DNA of 64,000 nucleotides from positions 18,462,642 to 18,526,641 of the forward strand of contig CP154954.1 of the NCBI GenBank assembly GCA_039621445.1, given 5' to 3'. Numbering within the stretch: position 1 is the stretch's first letter; the number at the start of each line of letters is the position of its first letter. This DNA is from Euglena gracilis (taxonomy: Eukaryota). The translations under genes and the position numbers were made by a program. The notes beneath the pieces were generated by a model. That model did no database searches and was not told the origin of the DNA. It saw only the letters and a list, made by a program, of their open reading frames with translations. Below are positions 40,560 to 52,697 of this stretch, piece by piece.

Positions 40560-41875
40560 CAGGCTGTTTTTTTTACCACCCCCGTGGGAGAGGGGGGTCC
40601 GGAGTGCCTTGGCGTGCCTGCCCAGGCACCCGGGGGGGGGGGGATTTCGGCCTGTGCCCAGGCACACTCCTTTGAAAATAGGCCATTTTTGGATCCCCGG
40701 CGCCTGTGGCACCATGGGCAGTTTTGGCCATGTGCCCTACCCCCCCCCCCCCGGCAGGGCAGAACGGGAAGGCCTGGTGGGGAGAGGGGTCGCCCCCCCA
40801 CCGGGGAGGGGGGGGGGTCGACACCCCCCCCACCACCACAGCATTTTCACCAATTTCGGGAAAACGGGGATTTTGGCCAGAAAAAAAATTTGAATCTTTT
40901 TGGAAAAAATGAACCCAAAAAACACATGATTTTTGATGGAAACCCACATTTTTTCACAAAAAAAATCTCAAAAATTTCAGGTTTAAAAATTGGTAGTTTT
41001 CAGGAGGGGGTAAAAAAAAAACGAACGTCAAAGAAGTGGACCAAATTTTGGCATAATCAAATTTTACTGACATTTTTCTCTTATTTTTTTGGACTTTCAA
41101 TGGCACTTTTTGCTTCAAAAACCTCTCAAAATCAAAATTTTGAGAAAATGTTGAATTTTTGGAAGGTGTGAAAAAATGGTCCGCCCAAAAAGTTGCAACC
41201 CAACCAGCCGTGGCAATATGCGATGGCGCCATTCATCTGAATTTGTTCATCATCCAGCGGAAAGACACAACAATCACAATTAGAAATTACCAAGGCACAA
41301 AATACAAACCTGTTTGTAGAACGCCTATTGCTCCTTTGCCAATTTGGCCGATTGGGTTTGAAAAGTGAGTAAACCAACAATAAACAGCCTTTGAACGGAA
41401 ATTTGCACTACACACATCAGTTTCCCAGCAAAAAAAAAAAAACCCCGTAAGTTCTCAATTGCATCAAAAACTGACATTTTCCAAAACAAAATGTCCTGGG
41501 CCATGTGCAATAAATTGCACAACATTGCAAAAAATTGCACATTTCGGGAAAATCGAAAATTGCACAAAATTGCAAAAATTGCACGGTGCAATTCCCCCCC
41601 CCCTGCTCTATGGGTTCCAAAATGGGTCAAAATAACACCTGGCGCCGAAAGCACCGGAAAAAAATTTTCCGGTCGAAAAAATTGGTGCTCCCGGAAGTTT
41701 GGGAAGAGGTGGTGGGGAGGGTCGACCCCCCCACCCTGGCTGTTTGGCCGCTTCCCGTTCTGCCCTGCCCCCCCCCCGGGGGGGGGGTCGGATCAGGAGT
41801 GCCTTGGAGTGCCCGCCCAGGCAGGCACCCCCCCCCCCCCCGGGTGGGGTTGGCACCCGACTAAAATACGGCCTG
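40560..41875. mobile_element. hAT-like MITE (GCCTGCCCAGGCA family) hosting nested insertions
   Basis: CAGGCTGTTTTTTTTA / TAAAATACGGCCTG; perfect TSD CTCGCCAC (40552-40559, 41876-41883); uninterrupted sister 55837-56131. Confidence 0.88.
40755..41767. mobile_element. Nested hAT-like MITE with TIR CAGGGCAGAACGGGAA
   Basis: Perfect 16-bp TIRs; C-run+GG on both flanks; absent from 55837-56131; extra block ~41180-41606 ends in TGCAATTCCCCCCCCCTG. Confidence 0.85.
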
Positions 41876-42195
41876 CTCGCCACGGGGGGGGGGGGGCACA
41901 GGTGGGGCGGGGTGCTGGCAGAGAATACCCTGGGTCTGGGTGGCCGGCATTGGGTGGCAGTGGGTTTGCCAGCCACGTCCTCTTCCACACCAGGCACCCT
42001 CCGGCCATACAGGAAGGGGTCGAAACGCCACCAAAAATCCACTTAGTGACACTCAAAGGGCACTTCTTCCCCAAACCCACCGACCCACCCATACAGTACA
42101 CCGGGGGGGGGGGGGTCGACCCACCAACCCACCAAAAATCCACCAAAAATCCTGGAAAGAACTCTTGTCTGCTGAGCTGGACTGACACACCCACC

Positions 42196-42533
42196 CAGGG
42201 TTTGAAGGGCAGGTGGGGGGGATCGGACCACCCATCCATGGTCCAGCAGGGCAGCGGGTGGGGGGACACTTCGTCCATGGTCCAGGTGGCTGGTTTTCGG
42301 CCCGGTGCAAAGCGGCAGGCAGAAAATTGCCCCAAAGCCGGCCAAAAGTGCCATTTTGGGCACTGTTAGGTAAAAATGCCTAAAATTTACGGCGGAAAGA
42401 AAAATGAAAAAAAATGACCTTTTTAGGGGCCCCAGGAACCCCCCTGAGTCGAGCGGAGCCCCCCTCCAGTCCAGGGAGGGTGGGGGGTACACCCCCACCT
42501 TACGCCGCCAACTCTCATTATATCGAACCCCTG
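42196..42533. mobile_element. Degenerate member of the CAGGGTT(T/C)GATATAAGGA MITE family
   Basis: CAGGGTTTGA / TTATATCGAACCCCTG; interior similar to 43084-43508; TSD poor. Confidence 0.6.
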
Positions 42534-43083
42534 ACCCCAACCCAAATCCACACTCCCAGTCTCAAGAACCAAACGTCAAGGCGGTCCTGAACGTTAAAAA
42601 AAATACACCCCACAACATTCAAAGAAAAGCTACAGAAAGAATGGCAGGAGAAAGCTGGCATTTTGTTTGGCATGAATGGGTCGCTATTGGGGGGGGGGGG
42701 TGATTCCTGGCATCCTTAGACCACCGTCCATCCAACAAAACATCAAAAAAATGTGTTTATCACCTTTTAAATTTCGCCCTTACCGGCCGTTGGCCAGCCC
42801 TTGGGCCTCTGTCCTGAGCAAAATAAAAAAGCACGTCCTGTCCTACCCACTTCAGGGGGACACACCAGGGTTTAATGACTCCATGCACCGACCTGGGAGG
42901 CCGGGGGGGGGGGGGGGTCGGACCTGCACCATACAAGGGAAAATTATCAGGCGTCGAAAGATTTTTTCACGAAAAGGCCGGTCCCCTGAATAAACCCAAC
43001 ATCCGCCACGCATGGCATTCCTGGGGGCTGGCAAATTGCCTTGGGTGGGGGTCTTTCGGTGAGATTAACGGTGGCACCCATCC

Positions 43084-43508
43084 CAGGGTTCGATATAAGG
43101 ACAGGTGGGTGGGTTGGCGCCGGACCCCCCCTGCGTGCCCTGGGGGGGGGGGTGGTGGGGACCCCCCCCCACTTAAACAGTTGCGCGGTCTGGGTGACCG
43201 AATTTCGGCCCGGCGCTTCGCGCCGGGCCGGAAATTTTTGACCCCCCAAAACAACCAAAAGTGCCATTTTGGGCACTCTTTGGGCAAAAATGTGCCAAAA
43301 ATGCAAAAAAAATATTTGGCGCAAAGCGCCGGAGGAAAAAAATGACCCTTTTTTGGGGGGGGGTCCCGGGTGCCCCCCAGGGTCGGTCCGGACCCCCCTG
43401 GCAGGTGGGGGGGGGGGTCCGGACCCCCCCTGCGGGCGGAGGGGGGGGGGGGGGGGGGGGGGACACCCCCCACCTAAACCATGTACGCCCTCCTTATATC
43501 AAACCCTG
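43084..43508. mobile_element. hAT-like MITE
   Basis: TIRs CAGGGTTCGATATAAGGA / TCCTTATATCAAACCCTG; perfect TSD ACCCATCC; sister copy 62502-62968. Confidence 0.92.
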
Positions 43509-44377
43509 ACCCATCCACTCAAACGGGGTACGATCCAAAAAAGTCAACACTGGCTTCCTGCTTGGGCCAAGAAAAAGCGATCGGCAACATTTCTTCCCGC
43601 CACCAAAAGAAAAGCAATGGTAACATTTTTCATATAGGAGCTCACCACAGAGGATCAAATATTTCAGGAGGACAATGGCGAATCCCATACACGACCAGTT
43701 TGGAACGCTTAACTGGCAATCCAACGGAGGGAATCCCAAATCCCTAAATTTACCATTTGTTCGTGCTTATTATTTTGGCAAAGAAGCCTCAAGAATGACA
43801 AAAAATCGAGTGAGACTTGGACCAGAAAAAACATTGGTTCGAAAGTGCAGCAGTTCATTTCATGCAGCTTTTCTCACAAAAAAGCTGCAAAAAGGAGAAA
43901 AAAAGCTGACAAGCACAAAACTACACAAGGAATAAACCCCCCTAATGAGTGCGCAGTGCAAAAATGAAAAAGAGTGGTGGTAAATTATACAATTTGTGTT
44001 TTGCCCAAAGAAGTGCGGGGTCCGAAACTATGCACTTAAAATGAAAGCACCCGTGCACATTTGGGGGAGAGGTTACCATTTGACACAATAGAAATCCGAC
44101 AATTTCATCGTTTGGTGCGATGAGATTAGATTGAATCCAAGGGCAAAAGGTGCAGTAAAGAGTTCTCCTGGCTGTAGATCAAATTTATTCCCGATGGCAC
44201 CCAAGTGGACAGACCCAGATCAAACATATAAAGTTGTTGATATATGGATGAGTGAACGAGGGATGAAGAAACCGCTTTGGATTCGGAGCAGGAAGCCAAC
44301 GCAAAAGAGAAAAACAAGGTGGGGATCTCTGCAGGTATGAAAATTCAAACTCTCCAAACACATCATTCCAATATAAA

Positions 44378-44390
44378 CATATACATATAC

Positions 44391-44423
<33 letters not shown>

Positions 44424-44468
44424 CATATATACATATGTATACAATGTATGTGTGTGTATATATGTGTG

Positions 44469-44516
<48 letters not shown>

Positions 44517-44550
44517 TGCATACATATACATATACATATATATATATATT
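44378..44550. repeat. (TA)/(CA)/(TG) microsatellite
   Basis: Directly visible. Confidence 0.9.
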
Positions 44551-44831
44551 CCGCCACGTTCAATGAGAAATCCACATGGAAAAAAAATGCCTGAAGAAAG
44601 TTTAAAAAAAAGGCTACAAACGGCCAAAGATGGTTAGAAGCGGACAAAGACGGACAAAAAAAAGGCCGAAGGTGGTCAAAAGTGGCCAGGCGTGGTAAAA
44701 ATTTTCAGTTTGACCCAGTTATGCCCAGTCGCGTCCAGTCACGCCCAGTCATTTTGAGGTATTTGATTGGGGGGGGGGCAGAACGGGAAGCACTGGTGGG
44801 GGGGGGGGCGACCCCCACCCTAACCCTGACC

Positions 44832-45282
44832 CAGGGGGGGGGGGGGGAATGCAACTTGGCCCTTCAAATTATGCAAGTCAAAAAAATGCAAAAAATGCAA
44901 AAAAAAATGCAAAAAAAAGCAAAAAAAATGCAACTTGCATGAAAACCCTGAGAAAAAGCTGGAATATAACAGAGCTTTGCTGCCTGAAATCAAAAAAAAA
45001 TTCCAGGGCAAAATATTTTATGCAAAAAAATGCAAAAAAATGCAAAAAAATCCAAACATATGACAACCAACTACAAAAATTTTTTCCAGGGCAAAATATT
45101 TTATGCAAAAAATGCAAGAATATGCAAAAAAATCCAAACATATGGCAACCAACTACAAACAATTTTTCCAGGGCAAAATATTTTATGCAAAAAAATGCAA
45201 AAAAATGCAAAAAATGCAAATTTCGGGAAAAGCCGATTATGCAAAAAAATGCAAATTATGCAAGTTGCATTTCCCCCCCCTG
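44832..45282. mobile_element. P-element-like MITE rich in ATGCAAAAAA repeats, 7-bp TSD
   Basis: CAGGGGG(n)AATGCAACTTG / CAAGTTGCATTTCCCCCCCCTG; perfect TSD CCTGACC (44825-44831, 45283-45289); related pieces at 58420-58460 and 60194-60663 on the opposite strand. Confidence 0.82.
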
Positions 45283-45287
45283 CCTGA

Positions 45288-45359
45288 CCCTAACCCTAAC
45301 CCTAACCCTAACCCTAACCCTAACCCTAACCCTAACCCTAACCCTAACCCTAACCCTAA
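45288..45359 (-). repeat. Interstitial telomeric tract (CCCTAA)12
   Basis: 12 perfect hexamers; the tract starts at 44818, before the nested MITE. Confidence 0.95.
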
Positions 45360-46349
45360 CCCCCCCTCCTGAAAACTGCCAAATTTTAACCCTGAAATTT
45401 TTGAGATTTTTTTTGTGAAAAAATGTGGGTTTCCATCAAAAAAATCATGTATTTTGATTTTTACAAAAAAAAAATCAAAATTTTCCGGCCAAAATCCTCG
45501 TTTTCCCGAAATTGGTGAAAATGCTGTGGTGGGGGGGGTCAACCCACCTGGGTGAAGAAAATGAATGTCAAAAAAAAATTGGACCAAATTTTGGCGCATT
45601 CAAATTTTACTGACATTTTTTTCTCTTTGAAATTCTTTGGACTTTCAGTGGCATGTTTTTCTTCAAAAACCTCTCAAAATAAAAATTTTGAGACAATGTG
45701 ACATTTTTGGAAGGTGTGAAAAAAAAGGGTGTTTTGGGGTTCTTAGGGGGGGGCCCTATACGGGGCCAAAAATGGTTACAAAAAAAAAAACGCCCGCGCC
45801 GAAGGCGCCGGAAAAAAATTTTCGGGTCCAAAAACTGGTGCTCCCGGAAATACGGGAAGAGGTGGTGGGGGGGTCGACCCCCCCCCCACCCACCATGCAG
45901 GGGGTGGGGGGGGGGTGTTCACTCCCCACCACAACCACCCTGTGTGTTTGCCCGATTCCCGTTCTGCCCTGGGGGGGGATGATTTCCGGCATCCGTGGAC
46001 CGTCGACCATTCACAAAGACGGCCAAAAATGCAATTTGTTTCAGTTTTATAATTTTGAACCGCATTCGAACCCCAGACCGGCCGGCCCTGGGCACGGTGG
46101 TCCTTAAAAGAATCCCGTCCCTCATTGGACTGCCAAGGATGAGGATGCCCTTCCACACAGGCTTCCAGCCGGTTTGCCAGACTGTATTATATATTTTGTA
46201 TTCCGAGCACAATGAAAGGGTTTTCAAAAACAACAAAGCCCATGTGTGCAGCAGACGGGTGGACTGCCTGTCCCGAGCCACTGTACAGTGGGAGGGAGGG
46301 CATTTGGCACCAGGCATTGAGCGTACGACGAGGCATCGCCAGCTTCCAA

Positions 46350-46562
46350 GTGACGCGGAAGAGGAAAATCCCGCCGATCTGGCTGGTCGCGAGATACGTC
46401 ACGGCCAAAATTCAGACGGGCACAGGGGGCAGATGGCAAAGGTTCAACAACCTCGTCCGGGATGCAAACAAAACGCACATGGAACGCGGTGTGAAATCTC
46501 ATTGGGACAACAGCCGGAAGTTTCCATACCAGTTCTCGCTGTTCATTCTGGAAAGTCTCTAA
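46350..46562 (+). CDS. Candidate terminal exon or decayed coding island (VTRKRKIPPIWLVARY...FPYQFSLFILESL*)
   Basis: GC3-rich, non-repetitive, open to TAA; upstream boundary unclear. Confidence 0.25.
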   Translation: MTRKRKIPPIWLVARYVTAKIQTGTGGRWQRFNNLVRDANKTHMERGVKSHWDNSRKFPYQFSLFILESL

Positions 46563-47690
46563 AGCAAAACGTCAGTGCTGGACAACAGAAAGAAGGAGAA
46601 AAGAGAACCGGCGGCTGTTGTACGTTCCTTTATGACACCCGCCCCGGCCTGTAAGGGAAGGAATGGTGAGGGGGGGAGGGGGTCGCCCCCCCCCCACCAC
46701 CCATCGGGTTGCAGGGATTCCTGTGCAGCCCTGCAGCCGCCAACCAGGGGGGGGGAGTGGGCCAGGGGGTTTCCTAACCTATGCATGAACGTCCAGTCCA
46801 GAATTCAATGTGTTTTCTGGCCAACCCGGTGTGTATGCCATGGGGGATGGTGGCAGTTCAATAGCAGTTCAGTTGCAGTTCGGTGGCAGTTCAGGAACGT
46901 TTGGGGTTTGGAAAAGGGGAAAGATGAACCAATTTGAATAGGTCCCAGAATTTCCCTGCTGTCCGACCTTCCACGCTACCATAACCCAAATTTTGAGTTT
47001 GCTGAAATTGACAAAAGCACCGAAGGTTAAAAAAAAAAGAAGACGAAGCCCATTTGTACGATTTAATTTAACAACATTGGACATACCTTCACCTCCCAGA
47101 GGGTTAACCCCGAAAAACAAATAGGAAGGTGCAACCGCAACAGCAGGCTCCAAAGAGAAAGCACCCCACCTGAGCGTCCATTATCAGAGCGCCACTCCCT
47201 GGTAAACCAAGCAGCAATGTGGGTGACCATTAAAAGAGGTGCGACACTTCCAGTTGTGATTTACCAAAATAAAAGCAAGGATTCCTCGTTCCAAAAAGGC
47301 CCATTCCACAATTCCAAAAAGGCTTTGTTTCATCACAAATGAAAGAAATGTCCTTCAATATCTGCTACAAGTCCACTATAAGAGCACACAAACAGGGTAC
47401 ACACGTACGGGGGTGGGGGTCAGAAATACTGAGGAAAAATGAACTAACACTTCCCGGGAGCTTCCTCAGAGATGGCAGAAAATCAGCGGGTCGAGGCTCG
47501 CTGATGGGATACTGGGATGAGGTGGGCTGGGATTTGTGGCACTTTGTGTTATAGGAAGGCTGACTGAACCATTGAGCAAGAGGTGCAAAAAAACCACTTT
47601 ATTGTAACCCCATTTCCTGGGACGACCGAGGACAGCACACATGTGCATACATATATACATATGCGTATATGTATATATGTATGCTTATAT

Positions 47691-47967
47691 GGCAGCCTCC
47701 CACTATCCGGCCCCCCCCGTGGGGCCGGATAGTGGGATTAGGGGGCGGCAAAAAAAATTTGCATTAATGATGGATTAGGGTTAGGTGCGCGAGTTCGGCC
47801 TAACTTCAGGCCTAAGTTGCGCACCTAACCCTAATCCATAAGTTAGGCCTAACCCTAACCCTAAGTCTTAACCCTTAACCCTATTCCATCATTAACACAA
47901 AAAAAATTTGCCGCCCCTGATCCACTGTCCGCCCCCCCCCGGGGGGGCCGTTTAGTGGGAGGCTGCC
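47691..47967. mobile_element. Merlin-like foldback MITE with internal telomeric repeats
   Basis: TIRs GGCAGCCTCCCACTA / TAGTGGGAGGCTGCC; TSD GCTTATAT/GCTTACAT; in a TA/CA microsatellite; sister copy 51685-51969. Confidence 0.9.
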
Positions 47968-47970
47968 GCT

Positions 47971-47971
<1 letters not shown>

Positions 47972-48052
<81 letters not shown>

Positions 48053-48210
48053 TATACATATATATACATATATATAGCCTCCCATATACATATATATGTG
48101 TGTGTATAATATATATGTGTGTATGTATATATGTACATATATATGTGTGTATGCAGATATATGCACATATACGCACACACATACATATATATACATACAT
48201 ATGTGCATAT
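47972..48210. repeat. (TA)n/(CA)n microsatellite
   Basis: Directly visible. Confidence 0.92.
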
Positions 48211-48299
48211 AATTTGGGCATGGCGTCTCGCGCACAACTGCGACACGCTTCCTTTCGTCCAGTCAGGCTATACAAAACGGCTGCCAAATATGATCAGTC

Positions 48300-48603
48300 A
48301 AGGGCGGTCCCTAAGCAAAAAAAAATTCCCGTCCCAGCAGATTCAATGAAAAATCCACAGGAAATGGTCCAGAAAATGGCCATGTTTCGACAAAAAAAAA
48401 TGGGTCGATTTCGAAGGGGGGGGGGTGATTTCTGGCATCTTCACACCATTCTCCATCCACCCAACTTGTCAAAAATGCGTTTTTAGCTTTAATAAATTAA
48501 TTTTTGATGGCCCTTGGTTGTCCATTGGTCCCTTGGTCGTCCCTTAAGCCCAAGGGAGGTCCTTAAGAGGCGGGAAACATCCCGTCCCTTATGGACCGCC
48601 CTG
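48300..48603. mobile_element. hAT-like MITE (CAGGGCGGTCC(T/C)TAAG family)
   Basis: AAGGGCGGTCCCTAAG / CTTATGGACCGCCCTG; TSD GATCAGTC/GATCAATC. Confidence 0.82.
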
Positions 48604-48730
48604 GATCAATCTGGAATCGGACGGCCCTGGTTCAATCTGCAATCCGTTCATATCAAAAAAAAAACTCGCCATTGCTAAAAATTCTGCACTGCTGCACATT
48701 CAGAAGCTGAATATGTTTATAAGCTGAATT

Positions 48731-49272
48731 TACGGGGGGGATATGCAACAAGGATCCTCAAAATATGCAATGGAAAAAAATGCCAGCTGCGTGTAAAATT
48801 CCTTCTGGAGCTCTGACGTACCCTTTTCTGCTGGAGGACTGAAAAAATTTAACCAGCTCAAAATGCAACACCAAAGGAAAATGTGGTGCAAACTTGCAAA
48901 GTGACGTGGTTGGTTCACCAAGTTGCATCCACTTTTTTACACTGACGGGTCGGCATGTCAGGGCAATCGGTGTGAAGGGGTCAAGATGCGTGACCGGGGG
49001 GGGGGGGCGGGTAGGGACGAGGAAATTTGTATTCATCCTCTCCCCCATTACGTCGTCCACCCAATAAACAACAGTCCATCTGTTCACATTCTGCCAAAAA
49101 AGTGGAAGCTGGGGTGCGCTTCAATGCTTCTTAATTTGCATTTTTTGCATAATGAAAATTTTTTGGAAAGTCACATTTTTGCATTTTTATTTTGCATATT
49201 TTGTCTCTCTGATTTCTTTTTGGCATCTGCACTGGCAAATGTATCCTATACAACTTGCATATCTCCCCCCTG
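48731..49272. mobile_element. Older P-element-like MITE related to 44832-45282
   Basis: TACGGGGGGGATATGCAA / TTGCATATCTCCCCCCTG; flanks CTGAATT/CTGAAGC (5/7). Confidence 0.6.
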
Positions 49273-49510
49273 CTGAAGCTGCAGCCTTTGAAATAGCTAT
49301 CTGAAAGTATTGATCAGCTTGGGCATTTGTGCAACAATTTACTGCTCACAAAGTTCAAAAACGATTTGGGCACCAAGAATGTTCAATCTGGTGCCCACAA
49401 CCCCCGACACTATGGTGTTGATCCTCTTACGCATCGGCACCACGGTTTGTGTTGACTTGGGGGAAAAAATCTTGGCAGCCTTCAACTGCTGGCCCAGTTG
49501 TTCAACAGGA

Positions 49511-49990
49511 GGCCAGTAGTTTAACGAGGGGGGAGGTTCGGAGCCCCCCCACGTTAAAAAAAAAACCCAATCCACATGTGTTTTCACACTTCCCACCGGA
49601 AACGTCCTGGAAAAATGTGCAGGGCGGAAGTCCGACTCCACATGGAACAGGGGCCAGGGATAAGGTTAGGGTTTAGGGGTAGGGTTAGGGTGAGGGTAAG
49701 GTAGGGAAATTGGGTTAGGGTTGGGATTCAGGGCAAGTTGGGCCGAAAATTAGGCCAAATTTTAGGCCTGAGTTCAGGCCGAATTTCGGCCAAACTCCCT
49801 AACTTCGGCCAAACCCTAACCCGGATGCCCTTTGGAACGGCAACCGTAACCCTAACCCTGTCCCTAAAAATTACTGCCGTTGATACCCCATCAGCTTGCG
49901 TTCAAGAAGGTGGACCTCCCCTCATTTAACTACTGCCGCCTGGGGGAGAGGGGGGGCAGTAGTTAAAGCCTGCAGTAGTTAACTACTGCC
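49511..49990. mobile_element. Degenerate telomere-repeat-bearing foldback element
   Basis: GGCCAGTAGTTTAAC / GTTAACTACTGCC; TTAGGG block 49660-49725 facing CCCTAA block 49795-49866; terminal hairpin; TSD not recoverable. Confidence 0.65.
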
Positions 49991-50959
49991 TTTGAAGAAA
50001 AAAATATGGAATGTGGATATGCTGCCGGTGGTTGCCGAGATGCCAAGACAATTTTGGGAAGGAAGTTGGCGTTGCTACCGTCCCAACACAATTTCGCAGG
50101 CTGCCTTGCTGTTCCCCTTCTCCCTCTCCAACGATCTTGGACATCATCGCTTTGCTTTCCGCTGTGTGTCTGGACATGGGGCTGTCGCCCATTTTCCCCT
50201 CCTGCTTCAGAGTTGAAACAATGGTGCGAGGCTGAAAGCACCAAAAAAAACCTGGTTGTTCCCGGAATGTCAGAGCTCCCAGGCTGATGAGGAGACAGAC
50301 GGGTGGAAACACACTGGGGAACATAGAACGAAGATCCGTTGTGCAGATGGCAAGGGAACTGTCAAGCAGCTCAAAGGCGTGATCGGTGCTTGGCCACGTT
50401 GACAAAAATCCTTTCCTGAAGGACATGCCGCGAACCCTTTGGGGGTGTGGTGTGGTGGTCAGGTCTGGTCTGCAGACATACCAGCCAGCTGTTATGAAAG
50501 CAATGGAGAACAAAAGGCGGCAGACGATTCGAACGTGGTTCATAAATAAGCAAGCACATGGGGGGGGGGGGTCAGTGGACAGTGCAACTGCGACTACCAA
50601 GCAACGATGAGAAGACGTCCAGAAGCTTGCAAAGAAGAACATTCTGGAATCGCCTAAAAATGCTCAATTGCGTAAAATGGCGTTAGGCACTCCCACAGCT
50701 ACCGCCCCCCCCCTGTTTCATGTTTGCCCGCTTGGGACCTGCATCTTGCCTCAATATTTTTTTTAATCTCTCATTTTTGATGGGCAGCCTTTGACTTATG
50801 TCCTCCCGAGGGGGTCCCACAAGAAAAACCAGGGGGTGGGGTCCCACTTCTGTTGTTGTTGTCTTCGCCATTTTCATCCTCAAAGCAGGTATAAAATTTG
50901 GGGCTATTATTTGGGAATAGGTTGGGGATCAGATGAAAAAAACTTATCGAAGTTTGGTC

Positions 50960-51295
50960 CAACGTCAGGCCCAAACTTGAGCCTTAAATTATGTCCAAAG
51001 TTGGGCTCTAAGTCAACCCCACAGTTAGGCCCAAGTAAGCCAAGTTAGACCCAAAGTTTAGCCCAAAGTTAGGCCCAAAGTTAGGTCAAACCATCAGGCC
51101 AGCCAAACCAAAGTAGACCCAAAGTCAGGGCCAAGTTTCCAAAAAAAGAATGGGGTATAAAGTTATGGGATAGGGTTAGGATCAAGGTTGGCCCTCAGAA
51201 TAGGGCTCAAATTTTGGATTCAGGTAAGTTTGGGAATTAGTTTGGGCCTAACTTTGGGCCTAACTTTGGGCCAACCTTTGGGCCTAACCTGGGGT
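50960..51295. repeat. Inverted arrays of a 12-mer, GGCCCAAAGTTA / TAACTTTGGGCC
   Basis: Forward copies at 51020-51130 and reverse copies at 51240-51290, with GGGTTAGG between. Confidence 0.7.
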
Positions 51296-51519
51296 TAACT
51301 TTGTGCCCTGCCTTCCATGATGCCCAACAACACAGCGTGCATGCCTCATTGCAAAAGGCGCCCAACACACCAAGAAGCCTGTGGACCTGAAGGGGGGGTA
51401 AACGGAGCGGGGAGTGAGGTTGCAGCCAGGCTGCTTTTCCTTGAACGAATGGGAACGAGGTGCATCGAGTATCAGCATAGAAACTTCAGACCGGCTAACA
51501 TACCCACACCGCACCCACA

Positions 51520-52135
51520 CCCCCCCCCCTTGTCGTTGGCACGCCAATGTTCCAGGAAAGTGTCGTTGGCACGGGGGGGGGGGTCAAAGACACGCTGTCT
51601 CAACGGCACGGTAGCATTGGAGAGAGAAAAAAAAACAGACCAGACCAGCATCAATCGGCCTCCACACTGTATCATTGACCACTTGGCAGCCTCCAACTAA
51701 AGGGCCCCAGGGGAGGGGGCTTTAGTTGGATTCGGGGGCAGCAAAAAAAAAATTGCGTTAATGATGGAGTAGGGTTAGGGTTACGAATTTGGCCTAGCTT
51801 CAGGCCTAACTTGTGCACCTAACACTAATCTATAAGTTTGGCCTAACCCTAACCCTAAGTCGTAACCCTAACCCTATTCCTTCAATAACGCTAAAAAAAA
51901 TTGCCCCCCCCCCCGACCCAACTAAAGCCCCCCCCCCCCCCCCGGGGGGCCCTTGAGTTGGAGGCTGCCGACCACTAAGACTGCACCAAATCACCAAATT
52001 CATCGGGGAAAGCACTCGAGGCCATGCCTGGGAAGCAGATCCGACACAATTTTGAAGTGGTTTGGCTGAATTTCCTCCTAAACCGAGGCCAGCGCAAATA
52101 AAATTTATGTTCCAGAAAATGCCGTTGACACGGAG
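51520..52135. repeat. Host repeat of MITE 51685-51969; uninterrupted paralog at about 57495-57820
   Basis: Shared cccccccttgtcgtt, aggaaagtg, actgcaccaaatcac, ttggctgaatttcct, ggccagcgcaaa. Confidence 0.75.
51685..51969. mobile_element. Merlin-like foldback MITE with internal telomeric repeats
   Basis: TIRs GGCAGCCTCCAACT / AGTTGGAGGCTGCC; TSD GACCACTT/GACCACTA; paralogous empty site near 57625-57640. Confidence 0.9.
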
Positions 52136-52392
52136 GTGTCAATGGCACCCTGAGTCAACGACACAAGGGGGGAGGTACACAGCTCGGGGGAAAAGCAGTC
52201 GTTTTGCAGTCGCATAAAAATAGGCCCCATGACGGTTCCCGGCGAAGGACGCCACCGGCCCTCAAAGAGAGGCCGCCGCCCATCGCCGAGAACCATCCGT
52301 TGAGGAGTACGGGGGGCCTCTGACGGGTGCGGAGCCCCCTTCGTTGGCGCAATACGAGGGGCTGGGCGCCAGTTGTACCGGCCTCTGTGGCC

Positions 52393-52697
52393 CAGGGCGG
52401 TTCTTAAGCAAATGAAAAACAACTTCGCTGTCCCAGCACACTCAGTAAAAAATGCACAAGAAGAAATTTTGGCATTTTTCGGCGAGAACAGGTCGACATC
52501 GGGAAAAAAATTGATTCCTGGCACCCTTGGACCATCGTCCATCCACCCAAATCATCAAAAACTGTTATTTCCGACTGTTAAATTTCTGCACCTGTTCAAA
52601 TCCCAGTCTGGCCCTTGGCCGGCCCTTTGGCCGAAAGGGGGGGGGGGGCGGCTCTTAAGGAAATAAAAAACTTTCCTGTCCCTTAAAGACTGCCCTG
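52393..52697. mobile_element. hAT-like MITE (CAGGGCGGT family)
   Basis: CAGGGCGGTTCTTAAG / CTTAAAGACTGCCCTG; perfect TSD CTGTGGCC. Confidence 0.9.

Larger units (their letters stand above)
44774..45971. mobile_element. Rearranged copy of the CAGGGCAGAACGGGAA MITE (internal inversion, telomeric tract, nested element)
   Basis: GGGCAGAACGGGAA at left, TTCCCGTTCTGCCCTG at right; collinear with 40755-41767 outside 44818-45547. Confidence 0.8.

Noticed and set aside
45288-45359. True chromosome end
   Set aside because: Only 12 units, inside a MITE whose two halves continue on either side
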